Shown here one piece after another: positions 47,009-56,940 of a stretch of 64,000 bases of DNA. The notes under the pieces were generated by a model. The model did not search any database. It was given only the letters and a program-made list of their open reading frames with translations, and was not told where the DNA came from. Source of the stretch: Candidatus Limnocylindrales bacterium. GTDB taxonomy: Bacteria; Chloroflexota; Limnocylindria; Limnocylindrales; CSP1-4. Each line of letters begins with the position of its first letter. Position 1 is the first letter of the stretch. Where the stretch lies: positions 1,524 to 65,523 of the forward strand of contig JBBSCI010000001.1 of assembly GCA_038250445.1 (NCBI GenBank), read 5' to 3'. Both the position numbers and the translations under genes were made by a program.

Positions 47009-50000
47009 ATGAGCATCCACTCACGGTCGCGGGCACTCGAACCAGGTGTGGGCCATCCCTCGCATGAGACGCCCTTCATGGGGCGCGCCGCCGAGTTGGA
47101 AGCGTTACTCGGCGCGCTCGATGAAGCCGTCCTTGAAGGGCGGCCGCGATACGTGTTGGTCGACGGCGCCGCAGGCATCGGCAAGAGCCGCCTCGTCCGT
47201 GAATTCCTGGTCGCGGCCCGGGAACGAGCACCCTCCGCTGCGGTCCTCCAGGGCCGCTGTCTCGCATCTGGACGCGGGGTCAGCTACTGGGCGCTGGGGG
47301 AGGTGCTCCGACGCGCATGCGGCATCGGCCTCGACGACCGCGCCGAGGAGGCTGAATCGCGACTTCGCGACGGCCTGACGCGGATCCTGTCGCCCCTCGG
47401 ACTCTCATCGACCGATGCGGAGGAAGCACTCCTTGCACTGGCGACGTCAGCCGGGATCGTCATCCCGGGCAACCCCTTCGAGCGGGGCGAGCCGCGCCTC
47501 GTCCCTGCGGCCATTACCTGGGCGTGGGTGCAGTTCCTCCGCTCATTCGCACATCGCGGTGGCGCGATCCTTGTCATCGAGGACCTTCATTGGGCAGGGT
47601 CCGCGCTGACATCCACGCTGCCCGCGATCGCGGCAACGCTCGATGGACCCTTCCTCCTCGTCGCGACCGCCCGCCCCGCGTTCCTCGGGCGGGAGCCCGG
47701 CTTCATGGCAGCTCAGGGACTGACGACCGTCGAGGTCCCGCCGTTGGGCGTCGAAGAATCCGCGGGTCTGGTGGATGCGCAGCTCCCGGCGGGCGCCCTA
47801 CCGGATGAGCTGCGAACAACCGTCGTTGCCCGATCTGAAGGGAACCCGTTCTTCCTGGAAGAGACCGTTCGACATCTCGCCGAACTTGGGACGCTGACAG
47901 TGTCGGCCGGCGGGCAGGTCCAGGCTCCACGGTCCGCCATCCCGGACTCGATCCAGGCGGTGCTCGTCGCGCGGATCCAGGCCTTGCCGCTCTCCGAACG
48001 TCGGGTCCTGCAGGAGGCCTCGGTCGTGGGACGCGTCTTCTGGGAGGGTCCGGTGCGACGGGCCCTCGGCGCCTCGGACCTCGGCGAACTGTTGAGCAGC
48101 CTAATCGACCGCGGGCTGGTCTTCACGCGCCCGACTTCAAGCCTGTCTGGCGAGGTCGAACTGAGCTTTAAGCACGCTCTGCTTCGCGATGCTGCATACG
48201 GAACCATGACGACGGTTCATCGAGCCCGCTCCCATGCGTCAGTCGGAGCATGGCTCGAACAGATCGCGGACGATCCGAAGGCCGAGCTGGCGGGGCTGAT
48301 CGGGGAGCACTTCCGCCTCGCGCTCGAGCAGGATGCGGATGGTGTCGCGTGGCCCGACCCGGCCGATCATGAGCGAGTTCGGGCCCGGGCGGTACGGTAT
48401 TCCCTCCTTGCCGGCTCGAACGCCCATCAGCGCTACGCGATCGACAAGGCGATCGAGCTCCATGAGGCAGCGCTTCGGCACGCGACGTCCGACTCGGAGC
48501 GCGCACGTGTTCTGACGGCGCTGGGCCAGGATCACGAGTCCGGATTGAAGGGCCCAGAGGCGATCGACGCCTACCGGGGCGCGATCGAGGCGGCCGACCG
48601 AGCCCAGTTGCCGGCAGACGAGCGGGCCCGAATCCGGCTTGCCGCCGCGCGGACGATGGCCATCCGCTGGGGTGCCTTCCCCGTTCGCCCGAATCCCGCC
48701 GAGATCGACGAGTTCGTCGACGAGGGTCTGGAACTGGCCGAGGCGGCCGAGACTCGTCTGTGGTTGCTGGCGATGAGGGGCGGCGCCGGAATGCGCTGGC
48801 CCGCCGCCCACATGTCGGATCCGGAGTTCATCGCCTACCGCTCCCGGGCAGTGACGGCCGCTCTGGACGGCGCGCGACAACTGGGGCTCACCGACCTCCT
48901 CGTTGTCGCGGGACGTCTGTCCGGGCAACTCGAGTTTGCCGCCGGTCGATATGGCCAGAGCGCCGTGGTGTTCCGCGAGCTGATCCCTCACCTCGACGAC
49001 GTCGACTCGGTGTTCCACCGAGCGCTCTGCTCGATGTACGTGACGATCGCAATCTCCGACATTGACGGTGCATATGCCGATGCCCTCGCGGTCGCCCGAA
49101 CGGTCCTCGAGCTCGGCCGGAAACTGAGCCCACATGAGCATGCCCACGGGACGTCGGCGGTCCTGTGGTGCCTGTACCACCTCGGCGACTGGGGCGCTGA
49201 GACCACACAGCTCGTCGACGAGCATCTCGTGGCGGTTCGCGGCACGAACGTCTTCATCTGCCCGTACATGCGGAGCGGACCGCTCATCGGGGCATTGATC
49301 GCCGGCCACCTCGGCGAATTCAGCCGAGCCCGGGATCTCCTGGGGCAAGTGGAGTTGAGCGAAGACGAGCCAGGACTTCCAGAGGCCCTTCACGCACGGG
49401 TCCTGGTGACGCTCGGCGAGGCCGACAAGGGCGTCGCGGCCGCCCAGGCAATCATCGACAGCGGACGACTCGCGACCATGGAGGAGAACGAGCACGAGGC
49501 GGTTGCCCTCATCGAGGGCCTGCACGCGATGGGTGACTGGGGTCGACTGCGCGACTTCCTACCGGATGCTCGGCGGCGGAGTGCGTCACTGGCCATCCTC
49601 GTGCCGGTCTGCGATCGCGCCGAAGCGATGGCAGCGGCCGCAGACGGCGATTCAGAGCGCGCGATCGAGCTGCTGCGTCGGGCGGTCGCCGGCTTTGAGC
49701 GCCTCGGCGTGCCCTACGAAGTCGCGCGAACAAAGGCCCTGCTCGCGCAGGTGCTGCCCGACGGCGACGCGATGCTCGCGGACGCGATCGCAGCCGCGGA
49801 GTCACTAATGGGGGATCGGCCTGGGGCGGGCGCGGCTGAGCAGGAAGGCAACGCCGTCCAGGCTCCGCCGGCCGATGCCTCGCTGACGGCCCGTGAGCGC
49901 GAGATCCTGGCGCTGATCGGGGAGGGAATCAGTAACCAGGAGATCGCGGACCGGCTGGTTCTCAGCCCTCGGACGGTCGAGCGCCACGTCTCCAACATCT

Positions 50001-50089
50001 ACATCAAGCTGGGTTTCGAGGGGCGGTCGTCGCGCGCCGCAGCCGCTTCGTACGCGGTCCGCTCGAGCCTGAAGGCAGGGCCAGGCTAA
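47009..50089 (+). CDS. LuxR-family transcriptional regulator with N-terminal AAA/STAND ATPase and TPR-like region
   Basis: FMGRAAELEAL...VLVDGAAGIGKSRLVREF (P-loop), long helical repeats, C-terminal LuxR HTH LTAREREILALIGEGISNQEIADRLVLSPRTVERHVSNIYIKLG. Confidence 0.85.
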   Translation: MSIHSRSRALEPGVGHPSHETPFMGRAAELEALLGALDEAVLEGRPRYVLVDGAAGIGKSRLVREFLVAARERAPSAAVLQGRCLASGRGVSYWALGEVLRRACGIGLDDRAEEAESRLRDGLTRILSPLGLSSTDAEEALLALATSAGIVIPGNPFERGEPRLVPAAITWAWVQFLRSFAHRGGAILVIEDLHWAGSALTSTLPAIAATLDGPFLLVATARPAFLGREPGFMAAQGLTTVEVPPLGVEESAGLVDAQLPAGALPDELRTTVVARSEGNPFFLEETVRHLAELGTLTVSAGGQVQAPRSAIPDSIQAVLVARIQALPLSERRVLQEASVVGRVFWEGPVRRALGASDLGELLSSLIDRGLVFTRPTSSLSGEVELSFKHALLRDAAYGTMTTVHRARSHASVGAWLEQIADDPKAELAGLIGEHFRLALEQDADGVAWPDPADHERVRARAVRYSLLAGSNAHQRYAIDKAIELHEAALRHATSDSERARVLTALGQDHESGLKGPEAIDAYRGAIEAADRAQLPADERARIRLAAARTMAIRWGAFPVRPNPAEIDEFVDEGLELAEAAETRLWLLAMRGGAGMRWPAAHMSDPEFIAYRSRAVTAALDGARQLGLTDLLVVAGRLSGQLEFAAGRYGQSAVVFRELIPHLDDVDSVFHRALCSMYVTIAISDIDGAYADALAVARTVLELGRKLSPHEHAHGTSAVLWCLYHLGDWGAETTQLVDEHLVAVRGTNVFICPYMRSGPLIGALIAGHLGEFSRARDLLGQVELSEDEPGLPEALHARVLVTLGEADKGVAAAQAIIDSGRLATMEENEHEAVALIEGLHAMGDWGRLRDFLPDARRRSASLAILVPVCDRAEAMAAAADGDSERAIELLRRAVAGFERLGVPYEVARTKALLAQVLPDGDAMLADAIAAAESLMGDRPGAGAAEQEGNAVQAPPADASLTAREREILALIGEGISNQEIADRLVLSPRTVERHVSNIYIKLGFEGRSSRAAAASYAVRSSLKAGPG

Positions 50090-50230
50090 ACGGAGACCCG
50101 GCGTGCCGCCTACGTGTCGGCCGCCAAGTCATCGACGAATCGTCGACCCGCGCCTCAGTGATTTCGCGTGCCGACACGGAAGTCATGAGCCCACCCGATG
50201 CCTACCTTCCGTCTGGAAGGAGGTGCCGCA

Positions 50231-50839
50231 ATGGCATACGAGATCGAAGGCAAGCTACTCGAGGTCTGCTCGTGCAACGTCCTCTGCCCGTGCTGGATCG
50301 GCGAGAACCCCGACGGTGGCACGTGCGATTCCGCGCTCGCGTGGCAGGTCGACAGCGGTCAGATCGAGGGCGTCGACGTCAGCGGGCTGACGCTTGCGCT
50401 GTCGGTCCACATCCCGGGCAATGTGCTCACGCCCGCATCGTGGAAGGCCGCGGTCTTCGTCGATGAGCGCGCGACCGACGAACAGCAGGGCGCGCTGCTC
50501 AAGGTCTTCACCGGACAGCTCGGCGGAGCGATCGCCGATCTCGCGGGCCTCATCGGCGAGGTCGTGTCGGTCGAGCGGGCGCCGATCGTCTTCACGGTCG
50601 AAGGCGGCAGGGGCCGGCTCAAGATCGGCTCGGTCGCGGACGCTGAGATGACGCCGTACGCGGGCGCAACCGGCAACCCGACCACGCTCGGGGAGACCGT
50701 CTTCAGCACGATCCCGGGCTCGCCGGTCTACGTCGCCAAGGCCGACCACTTCACCCGCGACGGCGCGCCGTACGGCCTGCCGAGCGTCGACCTTCGAGGG
50801 AACAACGCGCTTCAGGGTCACTTCAAGTTCGCGGCCTAA
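50231..50839 (+). CDS. DUF1326 family protein
   Basis: Internal ATG 50231 with GGAAGGAGG SD; MAYEIEGKLLEVCSCNVLCPCWIGENPDGGTCD (conserved Cys cluster). Confidence 0.75.
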   Translation: MAYEIEGKLLEVCSCNVLCPCWIGENPDGGTCDSALAWQVDSGQIEGVDVSGLTLALSVHIPGNVLTPASWKAAVFVDERATDEQQGALLKVFTGQLGGAIADLAGLIGEVVSVERAPIVFTVEGGRGRLKIGSVADAEMTPYAGATGNPTTLGETVFSTIPGSPVYVAKADHFTRDGAPYGLPSVDLRGNNALQGHFKFAA

Positions 50840-50857
50840 CCGCGCATCGGAGATCGA

Positions 50858-51655
50858 GTGATGTTGTCCGTCCATGCCGGCCCCGCCCGAAGCCGCGGAT
50901 TCGGCCGCCAGAGAGCAATCCTATTCGTGGCCCTCGCCACGATCGTTGCGGCCGGCTGGACGGCACTCGTTCTGTGGGGCGCGTCACCTTGGTCGCGCTA
51001 CCTGAGCCACCAAAGCCTGGAACATGGCGCGGGTGCGCTCGACACGATTCTCTTCGTCGGCGGCTGGACGCTCATGACGGTGGCGATGATGCTGCCGACC
51101 ACGTGGCCGCTGCTCGTCATCTTCCATGCGCTCGTCCAGCGCCGGCGGCGGCCCGGCCTGCTCGTCGTCCTGCTGGCGGCCGGCTACATCGTCACCTGGT
51201 CGATCGTCGGGTTGCTCCTGCATTCCGGGGACCGGCTGGTCCACGCGGCGGTCGACAACATCGGCTGGCTCGGCGCGCACGCCGGTCTCATCAGCGCCGG
51301 CACGGTGCTAGTCGCCGGCATCTACCAGTTCACGCCGCTGAAGTACAAGTGCCTCGACGAATGCCGGTCGCCGCTGGGCTTCGTGATGAACCGCTGGCGT
51401 GGCACGAACGAACGGCGCGAGGCGTTCATGCTAGGCGTCCGCCACGGCCTCTTCTGCGTCGGTTGCTGCTGGTCGCTGATGCTCCTGATGTTCGCCGTCG
51501 GCATGGGCAGCCTCGCCTGGATGTTCGCGCTGGGCGCGGTCATGGCGGTCGAGAAGAACGCAGTCTGGGCCAGGGGCCTGTCGCGCCCGCTCGGAATCGT
51601 GCTGATCGGCGCCGGCGCCACGCTCTGCATCGCGGTGCTGTTTTCCGTCGCGTGA
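50858..51655 (+). CDS. DUF2182 family integral membrane protein (usual partner of DUF1326)
   Basis: 6 TM, conserved Cys/His (KYKCLDECRSP, HGLFCVGCCW); 18 nt after DUF1326 gene. Confidence 0.7.
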   Translation: MMLSVHAGPARSRGFGRQRAILFVALATIVAAGWTALVLWGASPWSRYLSHQSLEHGAGALDTILFVGGWTLMTVAMMLPTTWPLLVIFHALVQRRRRPGLLVVLLAAGYIVTWSIVGLLLHSGDRLVHAAVDNIGWLGAHAGLISAGTVLVAGIYQFTPLKYKCLDECRSPLGFVMNRWRGTNERREAFMLGVRHGLFCVGCCWSLMLLMFAVGMGSLAWMFALGAVMAVEKNAVWARGLSRPLGIVLIGAGATLCIAVLFSVA

Positions 51656-51658
51656 CCC

Positions 51659-52009
51659 TCAGCCCGTCGTCTTGTCGAGGTATTGCAGGAGGCGGTGAGC
51701 GGCCAGCTCGACCGACTTGTGGCGCCACTCGGCGGCGCGATAGACGCAGGCGATCAGCCCAGTCCGGTGGACGCGTTTGAAGTCGCCGACGATGAAGGCA
51801 TAGCGGCCCTTCGTCTCGTCGGTGGCGCCGTCGGTCAGTCCGAGGTGCCACTCGGCGTACTCGTCCCAGGAATGCGACTTGAGGAAGGCGTTCTCCTCGT
51901 CGGCGGTCGGCGCGGCCTCGCCCCAGTCGCTGTCGAGCACGACCTTACCGGCGGCGATCAGCTTTCGGGCGTGCGCGACGGCGCGTTTGTTGACCTTGTA
52001 GGAGGCCAT
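51659..52009 (-). CDS. Hypothetical protein
   Basis: 116 aa ORF MASYKVNKRAVAHARKLIAAGKVVLDSDWGE...; no recognisable motif. Confidence 0.45.
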   Translation of the reverse strand: MASYKVNKRAVAHARKLIAAGKVVLDSDWGEAAPTADEENAFLKSHSWDEYAEWHLGLTDGATDETKGRYAFIVGDFKRVHRTGLIACVYRAAEWRHKSVELAAHRLLQYLDKTTG

Positions 52010-52023
52010 GGCGTCGCCCTCGG

Positions 52024-52227
52024 TCAGTCTTCGAGAACGAATGTCACCATCAGGTTGACCTGGTACTCGGCGATCTGATCATTCTTGACGTCGACCCGCT
52101 GCTCCTTGACCCAGGCGCTGCGGACGTTGCGCAGTGTCTTCGTGGCCCGATCGATGCCCTGATTGATGGCGTCGTCGAAGCTCGTCGACGACGTGGAGCT
52201 GATCTCGGTAACACGTGCGACAGCCAT
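52024..52227 (-). CDS. Dodecin family flavin-binding protein
   Basis: 67 aa from ATG comp(52225-52227) with AAGGAGAG SD: MAVARVTEISSTSSTSFDDAINQGIDRATKTLRNVRSAWVKEQRVDVKNDQIAEYQVNLMVTFVLED matches dodecin pattern; ORF-track 194-aa call is an over-extension. Confidence 0.8.
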   Translation of the reverse strand: MAVARVTEISSTSSTSFDDAINQGIDRATKTLRNVRSAWVKEQRVDVKNDQIAEYQVNLMVTFVLED

Positions 52228-52546
52228 TGCATGCTCTCCTTCGAGGTGCCCACACCGGTTCGGCCACTTTAGCAGCGGCGAGAGGCAAACCGGATAACCG
52301 GCGCCATTATCAACTCGTCGCGTCCGGGCGGATGTTCTGGTTGAGGTGGAACACGTTGTCGGGACGCCCGATTCAATGAAGATCAGGATCGACCGTTCCC
52401 TCCGTGTCCGCGGTTGATCTCGTCGAGCATGGTCGCACCATAGCCGGGATGACCCCCGTTGCGAGACGTCGGCGTGATACCGAGTCCCTAGTCTGGATGG
52501 CAACATCACCTTGCGGCCATCGCGGCACGCCGAAGGAGACACGATC

Positions 52547-53347
52547 ATGACCGATCCGCTGCTCGTCAAAGCGGTCCTGGCCCTGTTCGGGCCGGACTTC
52601 AAGATCACCCGCGGCTATATCGAGGGCCACGACGGCGTCGATATCAAGGCCGCCCTGGGCCACGAGTTGCGAACGGTCGCATCAGGCACGGTCTCGTATG
52701 CCCGCGATGCCCGGAAGGATCCCAATGCCCGGCATCACTGGGCGGAGGGCGGCGGCAACGTCGTGAACATCGACATCGGCGGCAATCGCACGATCCAGTA
52801 CGCCCATCTCCACAGCATCTCCGTCAGGGAGGGCACTCGCGTCGCCCGCGGCCAGCTGATCGGAAAGGTCGGGGCGACAGGCCACGCAACGGGACCGCAC
52901 GTCCATTTCGGCCTGTTGGACCACAACAAGCGGGCCATGGTTCTGCCGACCGCCTACCTGGCGAAGCTGGCCGGCACGGCCTCACCCGTGCGGCCCCAGG
53001 CCCAACGGGCCCGTACGCCGGTGGCGCCCCCGCCCAAGGCACAGGTCGCCGAGATCGAACGCTACGCGGCGCCTCGTCACTTCAGGGTCCCGCCGGGTAC
53101 GACCCTCCGGGGCTATCACCCCTCGAAGCCGGGCAAGCATCTACGCGAATCGTCGTTCCCGAACGGGTCCGGCGCCGCTGCGTCGGCGAAGGTGTCAATC
53201 CGGTTCCCGGGCCTCAACACTCAGCCGGTCCCGCACGGGATCTTCCTGCTGGTCTTCAACGGCGTGTTCAAGGATCTCTACATCCCGGCCGCGTTCGTCG
53301 TCCTGGGCCCGGTGCCCGAACCGGAGCCTGCATCCGTCGTCGGCTGA
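52547..53347 (+). CDS. M23 family metallopeptidase (LytM-like)
   Basis: ATG 52547 with AAGGAG SD; GHDGVDI (HxxxD), IQYAHLHSI, ATGPHVHFGL (HxH); Pro-rich C-terminal region. Confidence 0.85.
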   Translation: MTDPLLVKAVLALFGPDFKITRGYIEGHDGVDIKAALGHELRTVASGTVSYARDARKDPNARHHWAEGGGNVVNIDIGGNRTIQYAHLHSISVREGTRVARGQLIGKVGATGHATGPHVHFGLLDHNKRAMVLPTAYLAKLAGTASPVRPQAQRARTPVAPPPKAQVAEIERYAAPRHFRVPPGTTLRGYHPSKPGKHLRESSFPNGSGAAASAKVSIRFPGLNTQPVPHGIFLLVFNGVFKDLYIPAAFVVLGPVPEPEPASVVG

Positions 53348-54492
53348 GTCAGCGGTTCCAGGAGCTGCCGGAAATCCTCGAGGATCGTCCAGCCCCGCTC
53401 GTCCCGCCGAAGCGAGGCGACAGGAACGCAGTGGACCTCGATACCGTGGGGTGGATGAGGGACCGCGGCATCCGTGGCGTCCGGCCAGGTCAGGCTCGCG
53501 TCGGCCGCGCGGGCGGCGATCAACCAGTAGTCGCCACTCCGAACGTGCGATCCTCCGAACTGGATCTCGACGCCATCACCGAGATCGATCCAGTTGTCTG
53601 CCTTCGGTCGGATCGGAATCGGACGGCCGTCCCAGCGGCGAACGAGTGGGCGGACCAGTCCACCTGGCGCCGGTTCGTCGGAGGACACCGCCAGCCGATC
53701 GCCGTCGATCCGATCGACCCCGACGAACCAACCCGGCCGCCGCTCGAGGATCGAGCCCTGGTCGATGACCTCCAGATCGTCGCCCGGCCCGAAATCGGGC
53801 TCGTCGCTTCGAGCCAGGGCGATCTCTGTCGGGGTCACGGATTCCACCGGCGCCGTCGTCGACGCGTTGTCGCGAGACCACTTGAACGTCGGTTGGTCGC
53901 CGCCATCGTGGATCTCGATTCTGTAGAGCCGGTTCTCGGTTCCCTTGTAGCCGCCACGAACAGCGAGCCGCGCATCCGCGGCATCGTTCGGGAGCGACCA
54001 TGTCGGCCTGCGACGTCTGACGGTGCCGGGAATCCGGTGGAACCGGACCTGGGCAACGGTGGTGAGGCGGACTGACGTGTCCGCACCGCCCAGCGCCGGC
54101 TCCAACAGCGACTCATCCTCGCTTGCGGTCACCTCACGCTGCCAGACCTCGAGATAGCCGATGTACCAGCCGGGTTCGGCCGGCAAGGGCACCGACGGCA
54201 GGTCCGGCTGCGCCCCGGCATCGGTGTCGGTCGCGAGCTCGCAGAGCAGCCCATCGACCCAGGCATGCCCGGCACCGACCGTCAGCCTGTCGCCGTCGGC
54301 CGACAGGGCGAACCCGTCACCCGCGAACGCAGCGGGCCCGATCAGGTCCCGGATCAGCGTCCGCTGGCGGTGGTCGCGGATGGCCTCGGCTTCATTCCAA
54401 TCGCTGTCGAGTTGGACCCGACCCTGCTGGAGAAGCACCGCCGCGTAACGCTTGAGTGATTGAAAACGCAGCCTGGAGAAGTCGCCACCCAT
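53278..54492 (-). CDS. Hypothetical protein with conserved N-terminal VLLQQGRVQLDSDWNE motif
   Basis: Start taken at ATG comp(54490-54492) MGGDFSRLRFQSLKRYAAVLLQQGRVQLDSDWNEAEAI; ~400 aa, beta-rich; 3' end overlaps M23 gene 3' end by ~70 bp (convergent). Confidence 0.5.
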   Translation of the reverse strand: MGGDFSRLRFQSLKRYAAVLLQQGRVQLDSDWNEAEAIRDHRQRTLIRDLIGPAAFAGDGFALSADGDRLTVGAGHAWVDGLLCELATDTDAGAQPDLPSVPLPAEPGWYIGYLEVWQREVTASEDESLLEPALGGADTSVRLTTVAQVRFHRIPGTVRRRRPTWSLPNDAADARLAVRGGYKGTENRLYRIEIHDGGDQPTFKWSRDNASTTAPVESVTPTEIALARSDEPDFGPGDDLEVIDQGSILERRPGWFVGVDRIDGDRLAVSSDEPAPGGLVRPLVRRWDGRPIPIRPKADNWIDLGDGVEIQFGGSHVRSGDYWLIAARAADASLTWPDATDAAVPHPPHGIEVHCVPVASLRRDERGWTILEDFRQLLEPLTQPTTDAGSGSGTGPRTTNAAGM

Positions 54493-54569
54493 CGTGAGAC
54501 GGTACGCTCCGCGAGCCGTCGATCGCAACAAGTGGCACGATTCGCCAACGCCAAAGCTGGAGGCAACCG

Positions 54570-54980
54570 ATGACCAAGGCCACAGGCACGTTCGAGATCA
54601 TCTCGCTCAACGAGGACCCGGTCGAAGAGCGCGAGGATGGCGGCAAGCTGACCCGGGCTTGGGGCGACCAGACGTTCAGCGGCGACATCACCGGCGACGG
54701 GGCCGTCCAATGGGTCGCGCTCTATCGCGGCGACAAGACGGCCCGCCTCGTCGGCCTGCAGCGGATCGCGGGCTCGGTCGGCGGGCGGAAGGGCTCGTTC
54801 GTCATCGAGGCCACCTCGGACTTCTCGGGCGCGTCGTCGAAGGGCACTTGGACGGTCGTTGCCGGCTCTGGGACCGGCGATCTCGCGGGGATCTCGGGTT
54901 CCGGCTCTTTCGAAGCCGCCGGCGGGAAGTCGGTCACGTACGAGCTCGACTACACGCTCGCGGCAACGTCAAGCCGATGA
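54570..54980 (+). CDS. DUF3224 family protein
   Basis: MTKATGTFEIISLNEDPVEE... typical DUF3224 N-terminus; stop overlaps next start (ATGA). Confidence 0.75.
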   Translation: MTKATGTFEIISLNEDPVEEREDGGKLTRAWGDQTFSGDITGDGAVQWVALYRGDKTARLVGLQRIAGSVGGRKGSFVIEATSDFSGASSKGTWTVVAGSGTGDLAGISGSGSFEAAGGKSVTYELDYTLAATSSR

Positions 54981-56161
54981 CCTCGCCGATGGACGACCTG
55001 CGCGCATCGGTCGAGCCATTCCTCGGCTTCTTCAACGGGCCGATCTGGGCTCGCACCGGCGATCCGGGCGTCGCGAACTTCGCCGTCGGTAACCCGACGG
55101 AGCTGCCGCTGCCGGGCTACGTCGATGCCCTTCGCACCCATCTCGAGCCCAGGTCGCCCGATTGGTTCGCGTACAAGCTGAGCGAGCCACGGTCTCAGGC
55201 AACGGTGGCTCGCAGCCTGACCGAGCGAACCGGCCTCGAGTGGGATCCGGCCGACGTGGCGATGACGAACGGCGGTTTCGCGGCCATCGCGGTGGCCTTC
55301 CGGGCGATTCTCGAGCCGGGCGACGAGGTCATCTTCCCGACGCCGCCGTGGTTCTTCTACGAACTGCTCATCCGCGGCGCCGGTGGCGTCCCCGCCCGCG
55401 TCCCGCTCGCGCCGCCCCGATTCGACCTCGACCCCGCGGCGATCGTGGCGGCGATCACGCCGCGGACTCGGGCGGTGCTCCTCAATACGCCCCACAATCC
55501 CAGCGGTCGGGTCTACTCGCTCGAGGATCTGCACGCCCTCGCCCGCGCGCTCGACGAAGCGTCGCGACGGATCGGCCACCGGATCTTCCTGATCTCGGAC
55601 GAGCCGTACAACCGGATCATCTTCGACGGCCGCCAGTTCCACAGCCCGGCCGAGGTCTACCCGGACACGATCGTCACCTACTCGTTCGGGAAAACGCTGC
55701 TCGCGCCCGGCATGCGGATCGGCTACCTGACGGTCCCGCCGACGATGGCTGATCGCGAAGCCCTCCGCGAACGAGTGTTCCTCGCTCAGCTGGCGACGGG
55801 CTTCTCGTTCCCGAACGCCCTGCTCCAGCATGCAATCGAGGATCTGGAGCGGCTGTCGATCGACGTCGGAGCGCTCGAACGACGGCGGGATCGCCTGGTC
55901 GGCGCGCTTCGCGGGATGGACTACGAGACGACGATGCCCGAGGGCACGTTCTACGTGATGGCACGAAGCCCCATCGACGACGACGTCAAGTACGGCGAGC
56001 TGCTCGCCGAGGAGGGCGTCCTCGTCCTGCCGGGCACGGTGGTCGAGCTACCCGGCTGGTTCCGAATCTCGCTGACGGCAAGTGACGAGATGGTCGAGCA
56101 GGGCCTGATCGGTTTCGAGCGGGCGCGGGCGCGCGCCAGCGAGGCAACGCCGGTTCGCTGA
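54977..56161 (+). CDS. PLP-dependent aminotransferase (class I/II fold)
   Basis: Internal ATG 54977 of ORF 54494..56161; NTPHNPSG, SDEPYNRIIFDG, SFGKTLLAPGMRIGY (Lys of Schiff base). Confidence 0.85.
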   Translation: MTSPMDDLRASVEPFLGFFNGPIWARTGDPGVANFAVGNPTELPLPGYVDALRTHLEPRSPDWFAYKLSEPRSQATVARSLTERTGLEWDPADVAMTNGGFAAIAVAFRAILEPGDEVIFPTPPWFFYELLIRGAGGVPARVPLAPPRFDLDPAAIVAAITPRTRAVLLNTPHNPSGRVYSLEDLHALARALDEASRRIGHRIFLISDEPYNRIIFDGRQFHSPAEVYPDTIVTYSFGKTLLAPGMRIGYLTVPPTMADREALRERVFLAQLATGFSFPNALLQHAIEDLERLSIDVGALERRRDRLVGALRGMDYETTMPEGTFYVMARSPIDDDVKYGELLAEEGVLVLPGTVVELPGWFRISLTASDEMVEQGLIGFERARARASEATPVR

Positions 56162-56304
56162 GGCGCGTGGGGCGATGTGCCGCGAACCTCGCCCGGCCGA
56201 TGATCGGACGATGACCGCAGCCTCGATCTCCAAACCTGTCGCCGGATCGTAGCTCCGAGCGCCGACTGAACTCCTGACGGGTCCCCACCGTACTCATTTG
56301 TGCC

Positions 56305-56475
56305 ATGACCCCGTCGCCGAGTCGGCCGCGCCGTGACCGCCTGCGCATGAGCCGCCGCACACTGCTTGCCACGATCGGCCTGCTGTTCGCCCTCCTGGCG
56401 TTCGCGCCGTTCGTCAGACCTGCCGCGGGCGCGACAGCGTCACAGGCGACCGCGGGACACCTGTCCCGCATCTGA
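56305..56475 (+). CDS. Possible small secreted peptide with twin-arginine-like signal (56 aa)
   Basis: MTPSPSRPRRDRLRMSRRTLLATIGLLFALLAFAPFVRPAAGATASQATAGHLSRI; below ORF-track cut-off; no strong RBS. Confidence 0.25.
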   Translation: MTPSPSRPRRDRLRMSRRTLLATIGLLFALLAFAPFVRPAAGATASQATAGHLSRI

Positions 56476-56572
56476 ACGGCCGGATGACGATGGTCGCGGA
56501 CCGCGGCCGGGCGGAAGATCGATCTGATGGACGCGCAGCCGTCCACAGAGGTTCGATTGACTGGAGTCCGCC

Positions 56573-56905
56573 GTGTTCGCACCTGCGATGGCCATCCCGA
56601 GGTTCGGCCATCGCCGCGCGTCGCGGACCTCCACGAGGATCATCGTGGCCGTTGCCCAGTTCGCGATCGTCCTGGCCTTCGCGGTCGCCGGCACGATCTT
56701 CCTCGGGCTGACGATCGCCTCACCGATCGTCGTGCAAATCGCCGGCCGCCAGCGCGTCTCGCTCTCGGGCGCGGACCTGGCGACGGCGCAGCACCTCGGC
56801 TCGATGTGGTGGCTGTTCGCGATCGGCGTCATTCTCAGCTTCGGCGCCGCCCTCGCCACGCTCGGCAACCTGATGCAGCGCCTCTCGGTTCCGCCGGAGG
56901 CCTAG
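56573..56905 (+). CDS. Hypothetical small membrane protein (2-3 TM)
   Basis: 110 aa, IIVAVAQFAIVLAFAVAGTIFLGLTIASPIVV and WWLFAIGVILSFGAALATLG hydrophobic segments. Confidence 0.4.
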   Translation: MFAPAMAIPRFGHRRASRTSTRIIVAVAQFAIVLAFAVAGTIFLGLTIASPIVVQIAGRQRVSLSGADLATAQHLGSMWWLFAIGVILSFGAALATLGNLMQRLSVPPEA

Positions 56906-56940
56906 CCCTCTGTGGACCCGGAGTCACTCCGAGGCTCCGT

